NCBI GenBank assembly: GCA_904063045.1
Contig: CAJFCJ010000029.1
Location: 310,001-374,000 of the forward strand
Length of the DNA stretch: 64,000 nucleotides
DNA from: Dimorphilus gyrociliatus
Taxonomy: Eukaryota > Animalia > Annelida
Direction of reading: 5' to 3'
Shown: positions 35,501-49,200 of the stretch, piece by piece
Layout: every line of letters starts with the position of its first letter
How positions within the stretch are numbered: the first letter of the stretch is position 1
Translations under genes and position numbers: made by a program
Notes under the pieces: model-generated
What the model was told of the DNA's origin: nothing
The model's input: the letters and a program-made list of their open reading frames with translations, nothing else
Databases searched by the model: none

Positions 35501-38500
35501 TCCGCCACTTACGCCAGATCTAACCGTGCACCGAGCGTCGCCAACACGAAATGCTATCAAATCCCGCATATCCGGCTTGTCAGCTAGGATCTCTGTAATA
35601 TTGCTATCATTCTTTAAACTAATTCTTTTTAGGGACCTCAATATATCTATCCAATAAGCATATCCGTTGTAAACTTCTAAGGAAGAAATCTGATGTTCAA
35701 GTTTAATTAGCACTTTCCTATTAGTACCGTCTAAAGCAGCTGTAATTATACTCTTAGAAGCCGAAGAAAACCAGTAAAGCTTATCCCCTTGGCAATCGAC
35801 TTTTAAAGATCTCGGCTGAATATCGCCGCCTTCAAATAATACGGAACGATTGCTGCCGTCTAAATACGATCGTTCAATTTTTAAACCGTCGACCCAGTAA
35901 AGGAAAGCGGCAGGAGAATGAATAGCTAAAGAATGGGGATCTTCCAAGCCGTCGCTAACAACGACCACCTTGTGCGTGCCGTTCAAAGTTGACGCCTGAA
36001 TTCGTTTATAGAAGGAATCGATCCAATACAAATTGCCGCCGATCCAATCAATATCTAGCTCTTCCGTCTCGCTCTTTGGATCGTCAACTACTATTCGTTC
36101 TTCGAGCGTACGCAGGTGAATCGATTTGATTAGTTTACCGTCGACGGCGAACAACCGATTCGATAACGCGTCATAGGCGAGCTTATTGAAGTAACGGTTC
36201 TTATTGTTTACTAACGGTAAACAAATATCGATGAATTCAGTCGTATCCAGAGATATTTTCAGTAAACGGGATCTTTGAGCTACCAGTAGCATTTCATTAG
36301 TTTCTGTTAGGAATTGTAAATAAATCGATTATAGACGCCGTATATTTACATATAATTAAAAGATTGTAAAAGGGAAAAGAATGTGCGAATATGGGTGTAA
36401 GTGCCTTTTTCTAATATAAATAAAAACAGTTTGAATACCGCTGGCGCATGTCGAAGCGCTTCGTCGAGCTAAACCCGTGGGACACGTGCAGGAAAAGGAT
36501 TTCGGCGAAGGTGCGATAAGGCAGAGATGAGAACAGTTTCCCCGCTTGGAATTACAAGCAGATTTATCTGTAAAAGAAATAAGTTTGCTATGTTAGCCGT
36601 ATTGATAAGAAACAACATATTGAACATTTATATCAATTATTTCATATTTTAAAAATATACAAAATGTTGTAATATAATACACTTATAAACAAAATTCAGC
36701 ATATACATATAAAGTGTACATAGGATTAAAAGCTGAACGCCAGCCAAGGTCAACAGTATTGAACAATATCTTGGTTCTAGGCCTATACCCTCGGCTTATC
36801 TCGAATCAATAAACTATACGGCAACACAAAGAAACTTGAACAAACAAGAAAAGTGACTGGGAGTCGCGTAAGTGTGAGTTTTATTACCCAGATCAGGTGG
36901 GGTGGAATAAATGATGGAATAAAACCCTATTTTATATTCGAATTCTATCGGAAACCCTCTTGTAAACAATCACTTCTTCGAGTACCAAACAAGCTTGAGG
37001 TTGAATCGGTTGAGTATCGGTGACAATTGATAGGTTAATTCGGTTTCTTTGACGAACCCCTAACAGGTGTGCTTTTCGCCTATTAGGACGCCCCACGGAG
37101 TCGTACAGAATGTCTCATATAAGCGGACACGTGTAGCACGCTACCGATCACAAGCTGGATCAATAAACGGCGTTGCCGTTCCATTTCATACATTTCTTGA
37201 TATTTTCCCATATTCATACTTATGGATTTGTACGCTTATCGATCTGTCTATGTTTTTCTTTCTATTTCTCATTCTTTCTCCATTGCGCTTACTCTTTTCT
37301 CCTCAGCATGAACGCAACCGATCGTAACGAGACCGGACATGCTGTATTTGCGTTATAACCGCCGAAAATTTTTCCTATATGTTAATCTTTTACACATACT
37401 ATACACTAATAAAACACGCCTCCCGTTGCTCGACACGCATTGCCTAATCTCGATTCGACGCCGCTTATCTTCCGCTCCGTGCTACTTTATCTACGAAAAC
37501 ACGCTTTCATCCCCTTAATCGCTAACACATTACCGAAAATTTTCGCCGCAAGTTTTTTTTGCGAGCTTTCTATTTTTCTCCCCACCCACTCTCCCTCATT
37601 CTTTTCTTCTCTCTTTCTCTCTCTCTTTCTTTCACTTTCTTTACCCTAATTTCTCTCCAGCTACTCCCGTTTTTTTTAAATATCATATCCTTCCTCTCAA
37701 CCCTTCCCCCCTCCCCCCCCCTTATGTTACGCATGCGCTGTTTGTCTGACACGCCCTGCAGGATTTTAATTACGCGACAATTAGGTGGTGCATTCTCTTT
37801 TTTTACAGATAAACTAAATTAAGAATCGAGGGAGGAACCCGTTCAAGAAAGTTGGCATAGAAGAATCTCTTTAAGCGTTACGACGCGGAAACCTTTAAAA
37901 GTTTTAATAACTTAAACCTGTAAAGTGCATCGATTATACGCATTTCGTGCAGTTGTATTATTTATATAAGCTGTAAATATACTATTTATATATTAAAACC
38001 TTATCGGGCCAGGTCGGTCACTATCTTAGGCAAACATTAAGATTCAATAAAAACATCATCGCAAACAAGTTGAACTAGAAGGAGATTTACAATCGCACTG
38101 AATTTTTATTAACTATTTGCAACACACAGCAGACGGTAATATACGATGTTTGCCCGGAAATACTTCAAAAGAAGCGTCATTGTCGGAGAGCTAGCTCTTT
38201 ATTTCATTATTTATAAACATGTTTGCAAAGCAATCGTATCGCACAGGAGCGGACAACTTTATTTGTTTGTCGACTTGAGTAAAATTTCGTAACATACTCA
38301 GGCAAGTTGTTTGTCGTTCGGATTTCGTCGTACTTAATTGGGATTAGTAATACAATGCCGAAGAAGTCGCTAATTGTTCTCACTGTATTCTAATAAATAG
38401 TTCGCATATGGGTTTGTCCAGAAAAAGAGGTCAAGAGACAAAGTAAGAGAAAAAAAAAGCTTAATATAAAAAGCCTTTGTTCTTTAGGGAGAGGGCAAGA

Positions 38501-41500
38501 TGAGGACATAGAACAGCGGCCCTGCAGGCACATTGTTTATTGCTCAGTCGTTCGTTCGAATTGCAGTTTTTTTTACAGTTTGTCGAGCGCGTTATTGTTT
38601 TTCGCTTCGACAGATTAAACGTTTTGTTTACACAAATAAACTTACCTTTACAATAAACCCCTTTACAGTAAATATAGTTTATTATAGCTGCGCGGGCATT
38701 TTGTAACGTTTCATTCCACACGTGAGAGTGTAGACGAGGGCGTTTGTATGCGCATATCAGTACATACATAAGTCGCGTATTAATGAAACGACGTCGCCGG
38801 CGGCTGCCACGTGGCGATTCCGTGAAATTATTACGTTGGAGAAGGAACAGAATCTTCCTTTTAGAACATAGTACAAAATGAGTCATTAAGGGAGGCGTAA
38901 TAGCCTCAATTACAACTATTTCGTCTGGTACTTTCATTCTTTACGATTATATAGAAAACTACCCAAACTATCCACTTACCGGTGGGCATCTGGGGGAGGT
39001 GCGAGAATATCCTTAGCGATGTGATCTGACGTTTAGTTTCATAGATTAGATGACTCTGATAACATCGAACATCTGTGCCGTTTGCCATTAACGTACATTT
39101 GTAGACTTCATTCTTTGAAGTCGACACTTGGCTCCATAGAACCTGTGAACCAATTACGTCCAGAGCGTATGGAGTTTCTGCTGTTTGTAGTATACTCTTT
39201 TTCCCATTACCATCAACCCCAATACTTTTTATACTATTTGAGTTCATTTCTGTCCAATACAACTTTCTCGACCATATAGCTAATGAACGCGGCATAAAAT
39301 TGTCATCTTCAACTAAAACTTTTCTAGTTGAACCGTCCATTGCGGTCTTTTCAATGTTTGGTCTACCATACCAATTTATCCAATACATATACCTGAAATT
39401 ATCGAAAATCGATATTAAAGATATGTTTAGGAGGATATTATTCTGAACGCAAGTTAAAAAACAAAGGAATAGAACAAGAAAGGGAAATGATGAATGAGGA
39501 GAGGGATGAGCGGTGTTACTCTCTAATCATGTACCCATTACGCTGAACTGTAATTGGTGGCGACACGCTACGCCTGCTGCACATAGGACGACTGGAATTT
39601 TGCTGCTGTGAAACCTAATCAAGCGAATACTCATCAAAAATGCCTCGAAGGCAATTCGATATGATGCGCAATGGCGTCCACTTTGAACAGTAACACGCAA
39701 TGACCGCGGAGAGCTTACATTCAAATCGGTGATTGATATAGAAATAAAGGAAATTTCTGGAAACGGCGTGTGCGTCGAATCGATGCTACTCAATCACACT
39801 CATTACGCTATTATTGCGTGTTCTGCAGAAGCCGCTGCAAAGTGCGTTCCACCGCATTTTCTACGATTCAATAAACATTTCATTTTACCCTCGGCAATAA
39901 ATGAAACGGCTGTTATACTGCAGTGCATCTGTACCGCGTTTCGCCTAATCTGTCGCAGGTGTTTAATTTTACACGCTCCTATCCCTATCAAGGAATGAAG
40001 TCGCCGCCTCTCTGTAAAAATCTGGAGCCGTCACCGTCAGCAGCACTCAAGATCAATCAGCTCAGTGCCGGCATCCGTTGGCATGGTAACTGGGAAATAA
40101 CGCGACGACTTCAAAGGAACCACCGACATCCAACGTTCCTTCTGGTACAACTGCAATATATACATATATACGCGGCAGATTGTCGAATATAACAGGTATA
40201 CAACGGCACACGCTGCAACGAACCGGCCACGCCCTTTTGTACAAGGACACTAATTAGTCTTACTCACCCGTCGTCGAGATCTAGAACGATATCTTTTGGA
40301 TCAAAAATCCGGCGATGGATAAGAACTTTACGCAACGTTCCATCCGTTTTCGCCACTTCAATTCTATTTTTCTCAGAATCTGTCCAATAAATGTTGTTTG
40401 CCATCCAATCCACAGCCAACCCCTCGATGGTTCCTAGATCTTCATCTAGAACAACAGTCTTTTTTCTTTCGCTACTGCTGCTATTAGTTGATACATATCT
40501 CTTGTAAATTGTAGATTTATCATTCTTTGAGAGTGACGCCCAATAAACATCGTGTTCATAAAAATGAAATGATAATCTATATATCGTTGGAGATCGTGGT
40601 TGCTCAATGTTATGACTTTGTGGTTGGGAATCCTGAACGTTGTCTAAAAGTTCGATAGAGTGCCTCGTTGAGAAGAGTAGAGGCCGACCTGGCATAAGTC
40701 AATATTAAAATATAGTAGGCCTATTACGGAAACAAGGATGATAAGATAGAGAAAAATGAACAACGCATGCGTTATCAATGAAAAATAAAAGCTTGCTGTA
40801 AAAAACGAACGCTAATAACGAACAGAAATCGCATGCGTCGTACGCGTACTTTGATCTAAACGAGCCTGCGCCGAAGGCTGTTTGTCAGCGCCTACTTTTC
40901 CGCTTTCTCGACTTTTTTTTATCACCTGTCTGTTAAAAATGTATCTTTGTACATATATACGTGACAAATGTAATGATCAATTAATATATACACTTATATA
41001 GAAAATTCAGTTCGATACGTAATGCGAATGTAGGAGTTCAACGAAGCGTAATAAACCGCATTGTCTACGCGCCCGAAACGTTCGTACAACTGCAATATTA
41101 CTGCAAAATAAAAAAAAGGAGAAAAAATTGTCCGCTTGAATAGCCATAAGGCAAGACACAATTCGTGTGGGACAACGATAATGCCCCTGTAAAATCACGG
41201 ACTCCAATACATCATGTTACAAATCGGTAGTCACGCATGTTTGTAAATCGTCCGACCGTGGCAAACTATACTCGGTTGTTTCAAAAGTAAACATACGTTC
41301 AGATATACCGGCTTGAACACGTTCAAAATGTCTATCGCTTTCACGCCTGAACGCGCAAAAGCGGCTTAAAAGCCGGGTTTTAGGACTTTACAAACTTTAG
41401 CGAGAAAGTTCGAAAAGTCGTTTCACCTACGTTACGTCACACAAACAAAAACAAGCCACACGTTATAAAGTTACACCACAGCTTTTTTCAAAAACTGTTA

Positions 41501-41614
41501 ATCGGCCTAATTTGACGGTCAATGCTTAATTACTGATAAAATGTACGTACCTCGAACAGGCGTAATTACGCTAATGAATCCAAGAGTTATGAAGAGGAAA
41601 AAGCTTTGTGTCAT
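32567..41614 (-). CDS. LRP5/6: Wnt co-receptor LRP5/6 (arrow)
   Basis: Exons 41614-41551 (signal peptide MTQSFFLFITLGFISVITPVRG), 40688-40268, 39392-38980, 36567-36439, 36303-32567; phases consistent. Four YWTD propeller-EGF units, three LDLa repeats, TM (AQIIIIIIVAVALKTFIVIVIVVAC) and a tail with PPPSP motifs. Confidence 0.95.
37596..37720. repeat. CT-rich polypyrimidine low-complexity tract in LRP5/6 intron 3
   Basis: Visible (CT)n and C-runs; explains ORFs 37440-37822. Confidence 0.75.
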
Positions 41615-44600
41615 TGTCTAGCCATCTTTATAGAGTCATTATAGAATTCCGTAAGCCTAGTTCCTGTATCTTTGGACATGACGGTAAATATACAACTTTC
41701 AAACTGGACTTGACGGCAAATAGATAATGCGTCCTTCACCTTCCTACCTGAGTATTATTACGCGCGAACTATTTGCGTTGGAGCCTTCCTTGTCCTTGTT
41801 AACGTTGCCAAGAAAGAGGCTAAATTTTTTTTCATATGTTACTCTAAATCTTTAAGAAGCATTTTAGGAGTCGTTCCAACTGAGCAAATCGGTTACAAGT
41901 ACCGTCGACTAGTTCGTCTGAAGGCGCGTAGTGTTACATCATATATTTCTTATGCGACTCTTAGCCAAAAGATTATCGGTTATTGGTTGCCTAATCAGTG
42001 ATTGACAGAGGATCGGACCGCCCCTTCACTATTTTTATTATGCCATCTATTGGATTACTTTCTTGTTTCAAAGCACAAAAAGCAGATTTCAAGTATAAAC
42101 ATTTATATAAAAGTCGGTTTATTCATATATATTGTATATACTTTTGCTTTTATGCATGGTCAGTGAAAGCTTCGCCAATAAAGGCAGTTGGTAAAGACTA
42201 GTTTATGAACATATCGAATCCTTTAAGACGACTGTTTACGCTGCCGAAACCTAATTTCAATAAGGGATTGTGAAAGGGAGCGTGCAATAGTAATACTCTT
42301 GCGAAGGACACACTAACGAGTAATTGTAAATTATTCACCCATGCATATATCATAATTGCTGGTTGATAGTTTTTCTTAAGGGTAATAGTTTTGAATTAAT
42401 TTTGGGATATTTAGAATTTTCCATTAAACGACCATTTTCCAGTAGGAATAATAATTAAAAGTATTTCTTAGATATACTAACTTAATTATTTCACAAGGAT
42501 AAAAGCTTTTAATATACTTCTTTTCTCTTCCCTTTCATCTTTTATATATAGTATATCCTTCATACTTTGCATTTATATATATTATATTTACAGTATATAT
42601 TGTATTATTAATATATATTGTATACGTGTATATTAGTATATATTATACTGTATATTCTTATAGTACTCCTCTATATGTTCATCGGAACAAGAAGCGTTTA
42701 TACTTTAAAGTAAGACGTGCCATACAACAGACTTCTCCTGTCTATTTTATTTATAATGCTTACTTGTTCTTAACGATCGCTTACTTTTTTTTCTTCTTAC
42801 CTGAGAGTCGATGTAGATCGTGCTAAGACTACAGATAAATGATACTTGATGCTCGTTTATCTTAATAGGTATCTCTAGACGAACCCGTAACGAGCCTTTC
42901 GTTTAACACCGATAAATAATTAAAACATATCGTTTGTTAATAGAGATGTAACTGTAATACGTATTAAGAGAAGAGGTGTTCAATACAAGATAGGATAATT
43001 TAAGTATCGGATATCAATCCATATAAAAGAGATAGATTAATTACGAAAGGGTGCAAAATGTGTTACGCAGAGGATTACTCTTCTTTTTATTACGCAATAA
43101 AAAGGGAATGGGCGAACGGGAAAGTAACAAGAGTTAAGTCACTAATAAAAAGAAATTAGAAGAAGAGCCAAGTAACAAAAACTCCAATCGCATTTCCCTT
43201 ACCTTATATGATTAAGATTGAATTTCAGATGGACGACAGAAGTTTATTTTCTCACAAAAATATACGTCTTCTTTTTCCCTTCCTCCCATATACTTTCTTT
43301 TTTATCCACTTCCCTATTAAACTGAAAATTCTCTCTTTCTTTGCAAGTTTTTGACATTTTTTCCTTTACTATATTAAAAAAACGTATACAATATAAAATG
43401 CGAATAAAAGTTATTAATTTCTTTTTTTTAATGCCTGATTAACCTTGACCTTTAAAGAAAATTTGTTAATTTTTTTTTAACATCTTTTATCATATATTTT
43501 ATTTTTTAACATGTTCTTAAGAATCTGCCAATCACTTTTTCTATTTTCGGCCTTTCTTTATTTAGTTTGGAATAAAAAAAATGTAAGCATAATATTCTTT
43601 TAGTGCTTACTAAAAGTAAATATATTAGTAAAGTCGTTTATGCTCTATTAGCCAGGAGAGGTTTAAAAAGTTGAATGTATGTATAGTATAAACATAAACG
43701 TTAAAATGACTAGTTGGTACTTAATCCGGTAGATGGCGACTCATGACTAGTAATGAAAGACGAGATTGATGGAATCACCTGTATTTGTATTTATTTGTAC
43801 GTACCTGGAAAAAGCATCGATAGTTAAGCCTGGAAGTCGATAATATATCCATGGAATTTTTGAATTTTCACACCCTGAACAAATATGTTTTCGATCTTTC
43901 ACTTTGGTTATTTACATAATCTTAACTCTTAACAGTAATAATCCTTTGTAAATGTAAACACCTTGGCTACATAAGTGTGCAATTGTACCTATTCGAACTC
44001 TTTGGTTACTCAGGTATTACAAATATAAAGAAGTAAACATGAAAGATTACTTTGTAAGAAGTTAAGCTTACATTTCCACCAAAAGAAATTTATTGCAATA
44101 ATAATACCACTTGTCGTGGTAAATCTTTCATTTCCTACTTTTTAAACAAATAGCTGGCAAATAATTTCCATTAGAACATATGTCAAGCTCTTTTCTAATA
44201 TAGCATATGTGTGTTCATAATTGAATTTTGTAAGATATTTGCATTATAATGATAAAATTATGAACAAGAAAAAAAAAGGAAGATAATTAACTTTATTTTG
44301 TTCAGAAAGAACAAAGAAAAGGGAGGCATTTTAAGAAGATAATTCATGGCTCACTGAATATATATATGAATAATATTTATTCATTTCTATTGAAAGATCT
44401 TTTCAACATACTTCAATTTTAATAGAAATATAGAAAAATGAATGGATTAATATATAAGTTTAATCTATAAATAGTTTTCAAATAAACTTATATATATGTA
44501 TATATTTATATAAATCTTCTTTTTTTATTATTGAACAAGCAAATGCAAAAGAAAACGAAAATTTAGTAATAAAATATCTTTTAAATATTTATTTAGTCAA

Positions 44601-45258
44601 GTTGACAAATGTCAATTTTGAAAACTGTAGTATACAATGTAGCTCTTTCACACTTTATAGAGAATACTTTATTACTTAACGAGTTGTCAGTTTAATTAAA
44701 ACGATTCTATGTTGAGAGAGAAAATACCTATGTAAGTTCAATTATATTATCCCGTTGAGCATCCTTCAATTATAACGACCCAACATGAATATAAGGTATT
44801 CAATTTTAAATCACATGCCAACGCGTTGATGACTGATGGATCAAAAAACAGATCCTTTTAAACAAATTCCTACCCTTTGACCTTTGCCTTTTTTTGAGAA
44901 GTCAGTTTCCTATTCAAATTAAGACAGCTAAGAATTTTTTTACCTTATAGTAAAATCAACAAGCAAACAGAGCGGTCAGTTAATAAATATGAAAGAGCTA
45001 AAAATAGCGGTAAAGTCAGTGTAAAAGAAAAATAGAGCGAGAGTGTTGTATAGAGTGTAAACGTTAGCTTTAAATATAACTTTTAAAATTGATTTACAAT
45101 GATTATCTAAAATACACTAAATTTATGGAAAATTATCTTCATCCTCCTCATTTTATTATAAAAAGAGTATTTCGCAGTAAAAAAAAACAATACTCCTTTC
45201 AGTTTCAGACTACATAAATTAATAGGCTCACTAATTATACTCTTGAGCTGCCTAAGTT

Positions 45259-46287
45259 ATGTTTATAACTATCTCTGCTGCATTATTAATGCTGAAATGT
45301 ATCTATCCTGTTTGCTGTTGTACTGATCAAAGAGAATCCTCCAAAATGAAATGGAGATATTATGACTTATCTATAAAAGAGAACACTCATTTGGAATATC
45401 CGATATTTAAAATACCACGAAACTTATCGGAAGGTGAAATTGTCGAATATTCTATAGAAAATTCGCAAGCAAACAAATACTTCTCCATTAATGAAGACGG
45501 TAGAGTAATACTGAAAAAAAAATTGGATTATGAAGAAAAGACCTATCATGAAATAATTGTTGGTATTAGCTTTAGAAACTGTACAAAAAAAGAACGTATA
45601 ATTCTAAGGCTAACTATTTTGGATGAGAATGATAATTACCCCGAGATAAAAGTTTTTGGAAAAGATTATTCGTCTGAAATTTTAGTTCAGGAAAACAGAG
45701 CCGCTGGAACAGTTGTTGCTTTGATATATGTTCAAGACTTGGATTCGGGCTTGAATGGAAAATTTTCTTGTGAGCTTAGAGCTTTTAATTTCCAGCTCAT
45801 AAGGGTCACTAATCAGTTTTATAAGGTAGTAACAACGAATGCACTTGACAGGGAAAGGCGAAATTTTGAGGATATACGCATTGTTTGCCGAGATTATGCT
45901 GGTTTAAGCTCTATGCAGACGCTGATAGTCAAAGTTGCGGATGTTAATGATAATCGCCCAATTTTTCAAAATTCACAAATCTATTTAAGTTTGAAAGAAG
46001 GTACTAATAAAGGAGCCTTCGTGGCAATGGTAAGGGCAATGGATCCCGATAGTGGAGAAAATGCTACAATATCGTATTTTTTCCGGTCGGATATTGATCT
46101 TTTTGCCATCGATGAAAAGAGTGGAAAAATAAAAACTACTAAGAAATTAACTAAAGAGCATTTGGGCGAATATACATTAACAGCCATAGCAACTGATCAT
46201 GGAATACCAAGCCATTCGTCAACAATGAAAGTTTATATCACAATTTCTGAAAAAGGTGAAAATAAACTGTTTCCAAATTTTACTTAA
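45259..46287 (+). CDS. Short protocadherin-like protein: signal peptide plus 3 cadherin repeats, no TM in the ORF
   Basis: Hydrophobic N-terminus; LDYE..ILDENDNYP, VQEN..QDLDSGLNG..LDRE..VADVNDNRP, KEG..AMDPDSGENA..AFAIDEKSG-like..ATDHGIP; stop at 46285-46287. Confidence 0.85.
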   Translation: MFITISAALLMLKCIYPVCCCTDQRESSKMKWRYYDLSIKENTHLEYPIFKIPRNLSEGEIVEYSIENSQANKYFSINEDGRVILKKKLDYEEKTYHEIIVGISFRNCTKKERIILRLTILDENDNYPEIKVFGKDYSSEILVQENRAAGTVVALIYVQDLDSGLNGKFSCELRAFNFQLIRVTNQFYKVVTTNALDRERRNFEDIRIVCRDYAGLSSMQTLIVKVADVNDNRPIFQNSQIYLSLKEGTNKGAFVAMVRAMDPDSGENATISYFFRSDIDLFAIDEKSGKIKTTKKLTKEHLGEYTLTAIATDHGIPSHSSTMKVYITISEKGENKLFPNFT

Positions 46288-49200
46288 CCAAATATAACTA
46301 TGTAAAATTCCTTATTTAATAAGATTTAATTAAAAAACAACATAATAAAAATAATAATAAGGATAAAAAGCAACAATATAGCAATTTAAAGAATAAAATC
46401 ATATAACATATATTTATTAATCTATTAAAAATAAGAAATGTATAGTATTCTTTCAAATTTTAACAAGTCTATGAATGAAAAATAGGAATATTATGAAAGT
46501 AAAGCGGAATAGAATATTAAATCAGTTATTGGCATTTTTTTGGAGTACTTTATCCACTCTGTAAACGACTGTTTAAAGTATTACATGCCCAGCAAATTGT
46601 AGTAAAATACAGCTATGACTTTAGAATAGACTTCTTTAATGATTAATCCAGCCTTTTGAACTAATAATAGAATTATAGTAATTTCATACCTCTGATTCTA
46701 ATAGTTAATAATGGAAAAATAATCTAATGCAAATAGACTTTCTTTGACGGATAATAAATAATAAAGTTGACCATTGGTTAATGCAAATAGGTCAATGATA
46801 AAATTTAGTTTTATTACTTTAAAATGTTCATTTAAAGAAAATAAAGTGGCAAAAGTACAATAGAAAATTGTAAAATAATTTGAGAGGGTTAAAAAAAACT
46901 TGAAAATTGACAAGATCTCTTAAAAAAAAGTACAATAAGTATTGTTCTTATTTGAATAAATTATAATTATTTTGGTTAATTTTTAAATAACTTTTCAATT
47001 TGTTATAGTAAATTTTGACAAAAGGGACCAATTAATAGCTAGTAATTATTTAAGAAAAGTGTCAATTTAATTTTTAGCGTCGAGCTCCAGATGGTGCTTG
47101 AAAAACATTTTGTTCTCTTTCTATAGCTATCTCTCATTCTCTCTTTATATATACTATATATATATATACAAACATTCATACTTTTACTATACATAATTAA
47201 TATGTGTTGAAGGATAAAGTTATTTTTTTTCGTCAGATAGATGGCGCTGGCGGGAAAAAAATCAGAAAGATTTTCTTGTTCAAATATGTGAGAATAGTAG
47301 CTAATCGGCTTCCATATAAAAAAACAGAGAGCGGAATATATACTTTTTTATATAGCAGATTTATTGATCTGTTGTCCACACCTATTCATGAAACACAAAT
47401 TTATGCATGAGTTGAATAGGTTAACGACAAACAAGTGATGTTTGTGAGGCAATAACTGCCCAAGGGATCAATAGGAACATTCATAAAGAAAAAGTTTGCT
47501 TTCTAAATGAACTCCGCCTGTTTGCTATTGATCTATTTGGAAACGTTTACGATAGACATTTAAGAATAAGATTGCGGAACTTGAGGAAATAATTTATTAT
47601 AGCTCGTGATTACACAAGGAAGTTACATTGTACTTCTAAAATAGGCCGAACCAATCCTTTCAAACGATTATAAACTATTTACAATAAACATTCGATAGAT
47701 AACAATAAGATAAAATACAAAAAGAAGAACTTTTTTATGATATGACCAAAAACTAGTATATAAACAGATAAGAAATCCAATATATATAATACAGATTATA
47801 AATAAGTTTTGCTATAAACAATAAATACACTTTTATCATATGATACATATAAAAAAAAAGAAGTTAGATTACTTGTCCCATTTATTACAACTGATATTGT
47901 CATTAAATCCACACTTATTTTAAGACTTTGAGAGGTTTTTATTATTGTGCTATCAAGTGAAGAATTTTACGTAATTTAAAAAATATTATAAAGTTATTAA
48001 ATCCCATTATATAAATAATGAAATATTCTAAAGAATCTCGAAATTATAATATATAATGAGAATAAAGAAATAAATAGAATAGTTTTCTTTATTTCGTATA
48101 TACACGCTATATCAATTTTTTTGGAGTAGCATCATTAAAATACATATAAATGGATTATTCAGAAACTTTGATTATTAAGTATGTCAATGCCAATTAATTT
48201 CTTTCATGCAGTTTTTATTTGACCTTAGCCACCTTGTTTTATGTCTTAAACATAATTCTATTGGTATCTTCCAATTGTTTTCCTTCTTTTATGAGGTTAT
48301 TCTCCTTATATTGTCAACTGTCCAATAAAAGTAACTGCTTTATCTATTGGGGTGAAGAAATTTTTCAAATAGTTTGTGTTTACAATGAAATACGACAAGG
48401 CTACTTAAATAAATAGAGAAAAAGCTAATCAACAAGTTGTGAAAATTGCGGAAGCTTACATTAAAGATTCCGTTTTATTTAATTAAATCACTTCCTTTAC
48501 TAAATATGAAGAAAATTAAATGAAAACATTAAATCTATCACCAAAGGAGGTTTAAACTCTTTCTTATCTGTTTAATTATATAGTTGAATGATCAAAAACG
48601 TTTCTTTGCTAAATGACATATGCCGTTCAATTAGCTATAAAAATAATAAATCAATCGATACAATCTCTACTAATCAAAACAATAGATAGAATAGGAAAAA
48701 ATGGGGGGAATGTTGATTTTATAATTATCTAAGATGGCGCCTTAGATTGAATTTGTACAAGTGATCGTATAAAGTTGTATACAATTCCTATTTGAAGACC
48801 GATTAAGTTCGTCAACGAATAGTTACACTTGAAAAAACTTTTCTATGTGAGTAAAATGAGAGCCGTTAAGTCTTCGAAAACAAACAGAATACGAAAGAAT
48901 ACACTACGTTAAGTTCCAACTTCAACAATCCTCTTTGAAAGTTCAATTAAGCACCTTTCAAAACGATCCCGTCGTTCAAATTTACACGCCAAAGGCTAGT
49001 TTTTTAAGGCGATTTTCTTTTTCCTTTTCTTTTTTGTTTTTTTGTTTTTTTGTTTTTTCACTACCCTTAAAAAACTGCCGGCTTATGTAAAGTTCTGTCG
49101 AGCGGACGTCCAAACCCAATGAGAAAACAAGTACACAAGCGAAATCCATTAAATCAACAAAAGTAGAGTAATAAAGTGAAGCTTGTAAAAAAATAAATGA

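Noticed and set aside
36570-40260. Nested genes in LRP5/6 introns (ORFs 37067-38937, 39527-40250)
   Set aside because: Short, non-ATG or low-complexity ORFs with stops in flanking frames and no recognisable domains; more likely regulatory sequence.
43740-44000. Possible minus-strand exon with donor at ~43803
   Set aside because: All frames hit stops shortly upstream with no acceptor; no homology recognised.
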